From positions 81,871-145,870 of the forward strand of contig CAZIAK010000004.1 of NCBI GenBank assembly GCA_964537035.1: a stretch of DNA of 64,000 bases. Direction: 5' to 3'. The notes below the pieces were generated by a model, which had not been told where the DNA came from, ran no database searches, and was given only the letters and a program-made list of their open reading frames with translations. How positions within the stretch are numbered: position 1 is the stretch's first letter; every line of letters begins with the position of its first letter. Position numbers and translations under genes: made by a program. This document shows positions 18,222 to 26,291 of the stretch, in pieces. Origin of the DNA: an uncultured Phycisphaerales bacterium. GTDB taxonomy: Bacteria > Planctomycetota > B15-G4.

Positions 18222-18932
18222 TCAGGAGGGAAGAGCCGCAATGACCCTATCGGTGACATCGGGGGCCGGCTCCAGGCGAGAAGTCACCCCACCGGTCTGG
18301 ACCACGGCCTGCAAGGCTTCATCGCGCACCACGGCCTTCAGGGCATGCTGATAGACCTTCTCCCACTCTGCTTTCAGAAAGTGGTACTGGGTGTCGTCGG
18401 GATCGAGATTGAGCCAGTCGCGATAGGCCGGAATGGCCTGCAGGACGGCTTCTTTATCCATCTCGGCGACGCCATCACGGGCCTTGGCCTTGCCCGCCCA
18501 GAGCGAGCCGTCGATGTGATAGACGGGCAGCAACTCGATCACCGCCCAGGTCTGATCTTCGATGGCGATCTCACCACCGGAGACTCCGCCCAGGTGGGTG
18601 ATGACGTGGAGGTCTTCGCTGTCGGCCACAGCAGCCAGGGCGCTCTTGACGCCCTTCTTGGCCTGGGAGAACAGCTGCTTGCCCCGACCTTCCGCACGGT
18701 CGAGACCCAGCTCTTGCATGCGCATGAAAGCCGGGTGGTTGCCGTAGACCTCGTTGATGTCGACCTCGGCGCCCCGGGTGGGATTGCTCAAGGGGCCGAA
18801 CACCACCGTGGTCTTGTCGATGGTCAGCTCGCTCTGGCTGACTTCAGTGGCCAGGACAGGGAGCGCCAGAATCACCATCAATGAGAGCGTTGTTGCCCCG
18901 GCCCGCAGGGTTCGACTTGTGGTGATTCGCAT
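18222..18932 (-). CDS. secreted protein with internally duplicated Skp/OmpH-like domain (putative periplasmic chaperone)
   Basis: Track ORF trimmed to ATG 18932 (MRITTSRTLRAGATTLSLMVILALPVLA signal peptide). The two halves align with each other: VDINEVYGNHPAFMRM...VKSALAAVA...IEDQTWAVIELL versus MDKEAVLQAIPAYRDW...YQHALKAVV...DVTDRVIAAL. The C-terminal DVTDxVI pattern resembles OmpH. Confidence 0.45.
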   Translation of the reverse strand: MRITTSRTLRAGATTLSLMVILALPVLATEVSQSELTIDKTTVVFGPLSNPTRGAEVDINEVYGNHPAFMRMQELGLDRAEGRGKQLFSQAKKGVKSALAAVADSEDLHVITHLGGVSGGEIAIEDQTWAVIELLPVYHIDGSLWAGKAKARDGVAEMDKEAVLQAIPAYRDWLNLDPDDTQYHFLKAEWEKVYQHALKAVVRDEALQAVVQTGGVTSRLEPAPDVTDRVIAALPS

Positions 18933-19158
18933 GGTGCACTCCCTCGTTCTCGAGACGCCCAGATCGAGAACCTGTCTATTAGCGCTGAGTATATGCCTTG
19001 GCACGACCTTCGTGCCGTTTCTGATCCGAGCCGAATCGGTCAGAGGGGGATCTCTCCTCCAAGCGCAGGCAGAAACCAGGGGGCCAGCTCTAGGGTCGAC
19101 CCTCTGCCTCTGTTCACTTGAGCAGAAGCAGAGGCGGGGCAGAAGAGCTCGGCGGCCA

Positions 19159-19193
19159 GCCACCCTGTAGCGCGTGCAGCGACACAGGGTGGC
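19159..19193 (-). terminator. putative stem-loop downstream of pnp
   Basis: 10-bp stem gccaccctgt / acagggtggc (19159..19168 and 19184..19193) with a 15-nt loop, 21 nt after the pnp stop. No clear U-tract. Confidence 0.3.
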
Positions 19194-19213
19194 CAGCAGC
19201 CACAGCGGTCAGG

Positions 19214-21691
19214 TCAGGAAGAGCTCTCGCCCTCAGACCCGGCGCCGCTACCCACGGCCTCCGCACCCTCTTCGACAGCCTTCATCGACAGGCGAATGCG
19301 CTTGTTCTCGTCGATATCGAGAACGGTCACCTTGACCACGTCGCCCATGGAGTACGCGGTCTCCGGCTCACGGATGTTCTCGGGCAACATCTCCGAGACG
19401 TGGCAGAGACCATCGGTGCCTCGGGAGACCTCGACGAAGATGCCGTAGGACTTCAGCCCGGTGATCTTGCCCTCGTAGACCTCACCCTTCTTGGGCATGA
19501 CCTTGGGCTCGGACGAGCGGCTGTCGCGCCCACCGCCACCGCGGCTCTCACGACGACCACCTCCGCCGCCACCAGAACCGCCGCCGGTCTCGACCTCGGC
19601 ATCAGAGTCTTCGCCCGCCAGCCGCACCCGACCGAAGTCGTCGATGCTGATGACCTTGACGTTGAGCTCCTGGCCCACTTCGAGCACGTCGTGGACGTCC
19701 TTGACGTGCTCCTTCGAGATGGCGCTGATATGCAGCAGGCCTTCCTTGCCCGGGAAGATCTCGACAAATGCGCCGAACTCCCGCAGCGAGACGACCTTGC
19801 CCTTGTACATGGCACCCAGCTCGGCATCGCCAGTGATGGCTTCGACCGCGGCAGTCGCCGAGTCGATGTCACCCTCGGGACCGGAGGCGATGTTGACCAC
19901 GCCTTCGTCGCTGACCTCGATGCGCACCTTGAAGTCAGCCTGCAGCTGACGGATGACCTTGCCACCAGGGCCGATGAGAGCACCGATCTTCTCGACCGGA
20001 ATGGTGCGAGTCACGATCTGCGGTGCCCACTTGCTCACGCTGTCGCGAGCCGAGGAGATGGCCTCGTTCATCTTGCCGAGGATGTGCAGCCGCCCCGCCT
20101 TGGCCTGGGCCAGGGCTCGACGCAGCAGGTCAGCAGACAGACCCTTGATCTTGATGTCCATCTGCAACGCGTTCACGCCTTCGGCCGTACCGGTGACCTT
20201 GAAGTCCATGTCGCCGTGGTGATCTTCGCTGCCGAGGATGTCACTCAGGATGTAGTGGTCGTCGCCATCTTCGATCAGTCCCATGGCGATGCCCGCAACC
20301 GGCGAGCGGATCGGGCAACCGGCGTCGAGCAGGGCCAGCGAGCCGCCGCAGACCGAGGCCATGGAGGAGCTACCGTTGCTCTCCAGGATCTCACTCACCA
20401 CGCGCACGCTGTATGGGAACGTCTCGGGGTCGGGCATGACCATGTTGACCGAGCGTTCGGCCAGGTTGCCGTGCCCCACTTCGCGACGGGACGTGCCCGT
20501 CATGCGGCGCACTTCGCCGACGCAGAAGGGCGGGAAGTTGTAGTGCAGCATGAAGCGCTTGCTGTACTCGTCCATCAGACCGTCGACGATCTGCTCGTCG
20601 CGACCGGTGCCCAGGGTCACGCTGACCAGGGCCTGGGTCTCACCGCGGGTGAACAGCGTCGAACCGTGGGTCCTGGGCAGGACACCCATCTCGATCTCGA
20701 TCTGGCGAATCTCATCGAGAGCGCGACCGTCTGAGCGACGGCCCTTCTTGATGATCGAGCCACGGGTCAGCTCGGCCTCGAGGTCGTGGAAGGCGTTGCC
20801 CACGTGCTTCTTGGCAGCGGCGAACTCATCGCCTTCGAGACCGTCGAGCAGCTTCTCGCGAGCCTCGTTGGAGACCGCCTTCATGGCCGCCTTCTTCTCG
20901 AACTTGCCGTCGACCGCCATGGCGGCCTCGAACGCATCGTGATAGGCGTTGACCTGATCGGTGAACGGGTTGGCGACCTCTTCCTTCACCTCTTGCTTGG
21001 GCTTGCCGACCTTGTCGACCAGCTCCTGGATCATGTCGCAGAGCTGCTGGATGTAGCCGTGGCCAAACATGATCGCGTCGGCCATGACCTCTTCGGGCAG
21101 CTCAAGGGCGCCCGCTTCGACCATGGTCACGGCGGTCTTGGTGCCGCTGACCATGAGGTCGAGGGTGCTCGCGGCCAGCTGCTCAACCGTGGGGTTGATC
21201 ACGAACTCGCCGTCGATGTAGGCCACCCGCACCGTGGCGCCAGGGCCCTGGTAGGGGATGGTCGAGATGCTCAGGGCGGCCATGGAGGCCACACCGGCGA
21301 GCACACCGGGCTCACTCTCGCGGTCGTAGCTCACGACCTGGTTGATGATCTGCACCTCGTTGCGATACGTGGGCGAGAACATGGGGCGCACGGGGCGGTC
21401 GATCGAGCGGGCAATCAAGATTTCAGGATCGCGGGGCCGCATCTCACGCTTGAAGAAACCGCCCGGCACCTTGCCGGCTGCGTAGGTCTTCTCGCGGTAT
21501 TCGATCGTCAGGGGGAAGAAGTCGAGGTCAGGGCGACCCTTCGAACTCTGCACGGTGGACAGCACTGCGGTCTCGCCATAGGTGGCGAAGATGGCGCCGT
21601 CTGCTTGCTTGGCCATGCGGCCGGTTTCGAGGGTCAGGGTGCGGCCGCCGATTTCGCAGCTCACACTGGTGGGGTTGTTCAGTTTCGTCAT
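19214..21691 (-). CDS. pnp: polyribonucleotide nucleotidyltransferase (PNPase) with C-terminal Gly/Arg linker and a second S1 domain
   Basis: Track ORF trimmed to ATG 21691 (MTKLNNPTSVSCEIGGRTLTLETGRMAKQADGA). Two RNase PH domains, a KH domain (IPVEKIGALIGPGGKVIRQL) and an S1 domain (YKGKVVSLREFGAFVEIFPGKEGLLHIS). These are followed by GGGSGGGGGGRRESRGGGGRDSR and a second S1-like domain (VYEGKITGLKSYGIFVEVSRGTDGLCHVS). Confidence 0.9.
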   Translation of the reverse strand: MTKLNNPTSVSCEIGGRTLTLETGRMAKQADGAIFATYGETAVLSTVQSSKGRPDLDFFPLTIEYREKTYAAGKVPGGFFKREMRPRDPEILIARSIDRPVRPMFSPTYRNEVQIINQVVSYDRESEPGVLAGVASMAALSISTIPYQGPGATVRVAYIDGEFVINPTVEQLAASTLDLMVSGTKTAVTMVEAGALELPEEVMADAIMFGHGYIQQLCDMIQELVDKVGKPKQEVKEEVANPFTDQVNAYHDAFEAAMAVDGKFEKKAAMKAVSNEAREKLLDGLEGDEFAAAKKHVGNAFHDLEAELTRGSIIKKGRRSDGRALDEIRQIEIEMGVLPRTHGSTLFTRGETQALVSVTLGTGRDEQIVDGLMDEYSKRFMLHYNFPPFCVGEVRRMTGTSRREVGHGNLAERSVNMVMPDPETFPYSVRVVSEILESNGSSSMASVCGGSLALLDAGCPIRSPVAGIAMGLIEDGDDHYILSDILGSEDHHGDMDFKVTGTAEGVNALQMDIKIKGLSADLLRRALAQAKAGRLHILGKMNEAISSARDSVSKWAPQIVTRTIPVEKIGALIGPGGKVIRQLQADFKVRIEVSDEGVVNIASGPEGDIDSATAAVEAITGDAELGAMYKGKVVSLREFGAFVEIFPGKEGLLHISAISKEHVKDVHDVLEVGQELNVKVISIDDFGRVRLAGEDSDAEVETGGGSGGGGGGRRESRGGGGRDSRSSEPKVMPKKGEVYEGKITGLKSYGIFVEVSRGTDGLCHVSEMLPENIREPETAYSMGDVVKVTVLDIDENKRIRLSMKAVEEGAEAVGSGAGSEGESSS

Positions 21692-21850
21692 TGTCTTTGT
21701 CTTTGTTTCCGGATCGACGCAGAGATGGAGTCCCGATTGGACCCCGAGCGCCGATTGCTTGAACTGGGTGCGCAAATTGCGCACGGACCCCAAGCCTGTG
21801 CTTGAAGCCCGTTGGTGCTCAGCGGGGGGCGAGACGCCCCCGTGCAGGGG
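21692..21850 (-). promoter_or_regulatory. rpsO-pnp intergenic leader with two GC hairpins
   Basis: Hairpin 21825..21841 (7-bp GC stem, 3-nt loop) lies 9 nt after the rpsO stop. A perfect palindrome gtgcgca-aat-tgcgcac sits at 21768..21784. The position matches the rpsO terminator and pnp leader arrangement known from E. coli. Confidence 0.4.
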
Positions 21851-22135
21851 TCAGACGTTTGTCCGGATCCCGCGGATGCCGAGCTTCTCGATCAGCTGCT
21901 TGTAGCCTGCGTCATCGTTCTTGCGCAGGTAGGTGAGCAGCCGGTTGCGCCGGCCAACGAGCGTGACGAGCCCGCGCTGGGTGTGCTTGTCCTTCTTGTG
22001 CTGCTTGAGGTGCTCGGTCAGACCGCGAATACGCTTGGTCAACACCGCGACTTGAACCTCGGTGGAGCCACAGTCCCGCTCGTGGACCTGGAACTCCTGA
22101 ATGATTGCGGCCTTATCGGCCATCTTGATGCTCAT
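21851..22135 (-). CDS. rpsO: 30S ribosomal protein S15
   Basis: GSTEVQVAVLTKRIRGLTEHLKQHKKDKHTQRGLVTLVGRRNRLLTYL. ATG at 22135 gives the same spacing to GSTEVQ as E. coli S15. Confidence 0.95.
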   Translation of the reverse strand: MSIKMADKAAIIQEFQVHERDCGSTEVQVAVLTKRIRGLTEHLKQHKKDKHTQRGLVTLVGRRNRLLTYLRKNDDAGYKQLIEKLGIRGIRTNV

Positions 22136-22320
22136 GTATCAACTCTTGTCTTGATCGGGTGGCGGGTTCTCATGCTCGCCAGCGAAGGCCGGCTGCCGCC
22201 ACGGATGTCTTCTTCGGATCACACAGATAATTTGGGTGAGATCCTAGCAGACCCCTGAGAGGCCCCGCAAGGCGGCTGAACCCCGAACGACGGGGCCCGG
22301 CGCTGATCGCCCTGGCCCGC

Positions 22321-22980
22321 TCAGCCGTCCGCTGAAGCCGCGAAGGCCTCTTCGGCACGAGCCCGCCTGCGACACGACTCGCATTGCTCACAGGGCCGCT
22401 CACCACCGTCGTAGCATGACCAGGTCACGTCCAGAGGGGCGCCTACGGCCATTCCAGCCGCATAGAGTTCGACCTTGGACATCTCCAGGGTTGGCGACTC
22501 CACCCGCACCGAGCCCCGTGTCGAATAGGCGAGGGAATCATTCAAAGCGCTCAGATAGTCACTACTATTATCCGGGAAAGTCTCTGCTTCTTCCTTGTTG
22601 AAGCCCACCACCACGACATCCAGGGAGCGAGCCTCGGCCACGGCTGCGGCCAGGTTCAGCAAGACGCCGTTGCGATTGGGGATCCACACCGCATCGGCGG
22701 TGGCCATGGCCTTCGGGCCATCGAGGTCGCCCAGGTCTGGATGGGGAAGGTCCTGCTTCCCGTCCACGAGCGCATTGCCTGCCAGGGCTCCCAGAAGCGG
22801 CACGGCGGTACAGAGCACCTCCACCCCAAGGGCCTTGCCCACGGCCAGGGCAGCCCGCTCCTCTTGCTGGACCGCTCGTTGCCCGTAATCAATGAACAGG
22901 CCCCAGCTGAGCTGGCCACCAGCGGCCTGGTAGAGGCTGGCGGCGACCGTGGAGTCCAGGCCGCCAGAGATCAGAATCAA
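22321..22980 (-). CDS. queC: 7-cyano-7-deazaguanine synthase-like PP-loop ATPase
   Basis: TTG start at 22980. PP-loop ILISGGLDSTV, WIPNRNGVLL, and a C-terminal Zn-Cys cluster WSCYDGGERPCEQCESCRRR. Confidence 0.8.
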   Translation of the reverse strand: MILISGGLDSTVAASLYQAAGGQLSWGLFIDYGQRAVQQEERAALAVGKALGVEVLCTAVPLLGALAGNALVDGKQDLPHPDLGDLDGPKAMATADAVWIPNRNGVLLNLAAAVAEARSLDVVVVGFNKEEAETFPDNSSDYLSALNDSLAYSTRGSVRVESPTLEMSKVELYAAGMAVGAPLDVTWSCYDGGERPCEQCESCRRRARAEEAFAASADG

Positions 22981-23289
22981 CGCTGAGATGGACTCTCCTC
23001 CTTGGCATGTTCAAGGGCACAGCCTGGCGGGTGCGAAGCCAGGCGCCTGTGGTGGCAGGCGCCACAGGGCGGGTCGGGGCCCCCTGGCGAAGCTCGTTTG
23101 AAATCGCAAAAGACCCAGGTTAGCCGTCCGGCTGGGGTCAGCTCAACGTTGTGGCAATGCCCCCGAGCGACCTGGCAATTGAGTACCCCGTTGTTGCTCA
23201 AATCGCGGGCCGCCGCTAAAACGGGCGCCCGCTCCCGGTCCGATCAGCACCGCTGTTGCAGCGTCCCGCCCCACCCCTGGAGGCCCGCC

Positions 23290-24876
23290 GTGCGAGCCAT
23301 TGTCCTGTCGATCTGCTGCCTGGCTGTCTATGCGGCCCCGGTTTCATCCCAAGCCTTGGAAGGCATGCAGCCCCAGGCTGAGACCCATTGGCAGGCCCTG
23401 TCCAAGGGGCTGAGCCGCCTGGATCAGAGCCTGATTCAGCAGCTCGACGGCGCTCTCTGGGCCGATGTGCGCGACTCGGTGGCCCTGGGTCTCGAGAGTA
23501 TTGATCAGGCCCACAAGCTGGGTGCGCCCCTCGATGTCTGCCAGGCGGCCCGGGTCACCTTGCGCGCCGTCGGCGCCCGCCAGGACCTGCTCGAGCGGGA
23601 GGCCTTTGCCGAGGACACGTCCTACGGGCAGGCCCCCGATGACGAAGAGTCGCGCCTGGCCTGGCTCGACGACGAGTACAACGCTGTCTACGACGGCTAC
23701 GGCGCCCTGGCAGACGATCTGCTCTACCAGGAGGGTCGCCTGCCCCAGACCACCATGCTCCTGGTCGAGCTGCTCTTCGCCGTCGAACGAGACAACGAGG
23801 CGGCGGATGCCTTGAGCCAGGGCCTGGCCCTGTGGCCACGCGAGGCCACCCTGCACGAGCAGGCCAAGGCCTGGGCCGACATCCTGCCCGCGCCGGAGAA
23901 CCTGGCCGCTCAGCTGCAAGAGCGGGTCGACCTGCTCGACATCGCCGACGCCGACTTCTCAGGCCTGGCCCTCGAGACCATCGCCCTGCTGCAGACCGCC
24001 ATGGGCCGCAAGGCCTACGATCTGCGTGACTTCAGCCTCTCTGGCCTGGCCTTTCACCGGGCAGCCATCTCCCTGCAGCGCAGCCACTCCATGCCCCGCC
24101 AGTGGGGCGCCGACGAGATCGCCTTCCGCCGCGCCGACAACCTGGTCAGCGCCGCCTACAGCTTCTTGGGAGTCGCCCTCAACCTGTGGAGCGAAGACCG
24201 CAACGCCCCCAACGCCCAGCTCGCCGTCGAAGCCTGCGAGGAGCAGATCACCAAGGCACTGGTGGCCGTGCCAGGCCACCCTGCGGCGACCCAGGCTGTG
24301 CTCTGGCTGGGAGATCACCTGATGAACAAGGGCGACCCGTCGATGTCGTCCCTGGCCGATCAGGCCCAGGCCCGAGACCTCTACGGCCGCATGGCCGAGC
24401 GCTTCGACAACTCAGACTGGTGGAACAACTACGCCTTCTGGTGCCGGGAGACGGGCACGGCCAACGAAGCCCTGGGCAACACCGAAGAAGCTCACTCGCT
24501 CTACGAGAGAAGCTACGCCGCCTACGTCAAGACCATCGAGCTGGCGCCGGAGAACTCCCGCTACGTCAACGACACGGGGCTCATGCTCTTCTACCACCTG
24601 GGCCGCGACCTCGATGAGGCCGAGTCGCTCTTTCAGCGCAGCTGGAAACTGGGCGCCGAGGTCTGCGACAACCCCTTCGTGGATGAAGCGGTCTTCGAGC
24701 AGAACTTCAGCGCCTACACGGACGCGATCCTGAACCTGGCCCGGCTGTACCTGCAACGGGGCGACCTCGACCAGGCTCAGACCACCATGAACACGCTGAT
24801 CGAGCTGGCCCCTGAGCGCATGGACGCCCAGATGACCCGGCGCGAGATCGACATGGCTCGGAGCGCGCGAGGGTGA
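23290..24876 (+). CDS. secreted TPR-repeat protein (paralog of the next gene)
   Basis: Track ORF 23002..24876 trimmed to GTG 23290, preceded by GGAGG with a 6-nt spacer. Signal peptide VRAIVLSICCLAVYAAPVSSQA. The C-terminal block WWNNYAFWCRETG...YVNDTGLMLFYHLGRDLDEAESLF is shared with 24902..26233. Confidence 0.65.
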   Translation: MRAIVLSICCLAVYAAPVSSQALEGMQPQAETHWQALSKGLSRLDQSLIQQLDGALWADVRDSVALGLESIDQAHKLGAPLDVCQAARVTLRAVGARQDLLEREAFAEDTSYGQAPDDEESRLAWLDDEYNAVYDGYGALADDLLYQEGRLPQTTMLLVELLFAVERDNEAADALSQGLALWPREATLHEQAKAWADILPAPENLAAQLQERVDLLDIADADFSGLALETIALLQTAMGRKAYDLRDFSLSGLAFHRAAISLQRSHSMPRQWGADEIAFRRADNLVSAAYSFLGVALNLWSEDRNAPNAQLAVEACEEQITKALVAVPGHPAATQAVLWLGDHLMNKGDPSMSSLADQAQARDLYGRMAERFDNSDWWNNYAFWCRETGTANEALGNTEEAHSLYERSYAAYVKTIELAPENSRYVNDTGLMLFYHLGRDLDEAESLFQRSWKLGAEVCDNPFVDEAVFEQNFSAYTDAILNLARLYLQRGDLDQAQTTMNTLIELAPERMDAQMTRREIDMARSARG

Positions 24877-24901
24877 CCCAGATCGGGGCTGGGGACGTCC
24901 G

Positions 24902-26233
24902 ATGATCCCAGCCCAGCTGCTGGCCTCGCTGCTGGCCCTGGCCTTGCCTTCGTCGCTGGCCCTGCCCACGTTGTACCCGGCGGACGACGGGCCCGTGGTG
25001 GGTCTCGCCGCTGGCCCGATCGACGAAGCCGCTCAGCTCGCTGCTGAGCTGCTGACCACGCCGGCAAAGAGACAGCGCCCCGTGCGCCTGGCCCTGGCCC
25101 AGGTGCTGCTCGACACGGGGTCTGCCCAGGAAGCTCTCGACACCCTGGCGCCCTTGCCGCTCGCTGAAGATGGCGAGGCCACCAAGCTCACCGGCCTGAT
25201 CTTCGCGGCCCTCGGCGACGAGATCGAGTTCGGCGGCGGTGCTGTCGAAGACGCCGACTACTTCTACGGCGAGGCCCTGCAGTACCTGGAGAACGCAGCT
25301 GCCCTGGCTCAGGGCAAGGACACGGACGCCGCCGTCGAAGCGGCCTACCTCGCTCTCTACATCTTCGCCGACTGGTCCAAGGCCGAGGTCCTGGCAGACG
25401 ACGCCTTGGCCCGGGCCCCCGACGACGGCGAGGCCCTGCTCGCTCGGGGCTGCGCCAGGGTGCGGGGCTTCGCCGACATGGAGCGGCACATGACCCCGTC
25501 CCTGCGCAGAGACAACTGGGACGTGGCCGTGGCCGATCTGAAACGAGCAGTGACCCTGCTGGGCGCCGACCGCAGCGAGCCCTGGTGGCAGCTGATCTGG
25601 ATGTACGAGCAAGAGAACCTGCCCGACGAGGCCCTGGCCGCGGCCCTGGCCCATCACGACGCCACGGGCCGGGCCGACAGCTCGACGCTCTTGCGCCTGG
25701 CGCTCTCTTTTGCTCGTGCGCAACAGCTAGACCCAGCCCTCGCCGCCCTGCAAGCCCTCGTCGAGCGGGACCCGGACGGCCTGCTGGCCAACCTGCGCGC
25801 CAGCGAAGACCCCACCGCCGACGTGGTGGCGTTGAGCTGGGCCATGGGCCCACTGCTCGCCAAACGCCGCCAATCAGAAGCCCGAGACCTGCTGCACGTC
25901 CTGGGGCAGGCCGAGCCCGCCGACGCCGACTTCTGGAACAACCTGGCCTTTCTGTGCCGCGAGACCAGGCAATACGAAGACTCGTATGCCGCCTACGAGA
26001 GGGCCGTGGCCATCGACGACAGCTCGCCGCGGCTGCTGAACGACACGGCGCTCATCCTGCAATACCACCTGCATCGCCATCTCGATCGTGCCCGCGCGTT
26101 GTACGCACAGGCCATCGCCCAGGCAGACGCAGGCCTCGATGAAAAGCCCGATGCAGCCGCCGCCCGAGAGCTGCGCTCGGCCCGCACCGACGCCCGCAAC
26201 AACCTCTCACGCCTGGGCTCGAAGGGTCGCTAG
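24902..26233 (+). CDS. secreted TPR-repeat protein (paralog of the previous gene)
   Basis: ATG 24902. Signal peptide MIPAQLLASLLALALPSSLA. Contains the block FWNNLAFLCRETR...LLNDTALILQYHLHRHLDRARALY. Confidence 0.65.
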   Translation: MIPAQLLASLLALALPSSLALPTLYPADDGPVVGLAAGPIDEAAQLAAELLTTPAKRQRPVRLALAQVLLDTGSAQEALDTLAPLPLAEDGEATKLTGLIFAALGDEIEFGGGAVEDADYFYGEALQYLENAAALAQGKDTDAAVEAAYLALYIFADWSKAEVLADDALARAPDDGEALLARGCARVRGFADMERHMTPSLRRDNWDVAVADLKRAVTLLGADRSEPWWQLIWMYEQENLPDEALAAALAHHDATGRADSSTLLRLALSFARAQQLDPALAALQALVERDPDGLLANLRASEDPTADVVALSWAMGPLLAKRRQSEARDLLHVLGQAEPADADFWNNLAFLCRETRQYEDSYAAYERAVAIDDSSPRLLNDTALILQYHLHRHLDRARALYAQAIAQADAGLDEKPDAAAARELRSARTDARNNLSRLGSKGR

Positions 26234-26291
26234 CAGCTGGTGAAGAGAAGGCCGCGCGCCGAGCACCGAGTGCCAGGCTTCGCCACCGGGC

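Noticed and set aside
18961-18990. TTGGCACGACCTTCGTGCC upstream of the Skp-like gene as a sigma-54 promoter
   Set aside because: The -12 element does not fit TTGCW at the right spacing. The sequence is better explained as a 7-bp hairpin (GGCACGA-CCT-TCGTGCC).
22981-23289. Possible preQ1 riboswitch in the queC 5' region; two adjacent 7-bp hairpins at ~23017..23070
   Set aside because: I could not find the preQ1-I/II/III consensus features (short hairpin plus A-rich tail, or the conserved loop sequences) on the minus strand. The hairpins alone are not diagnostic. It would need a cmsearch against Rfam to settle.
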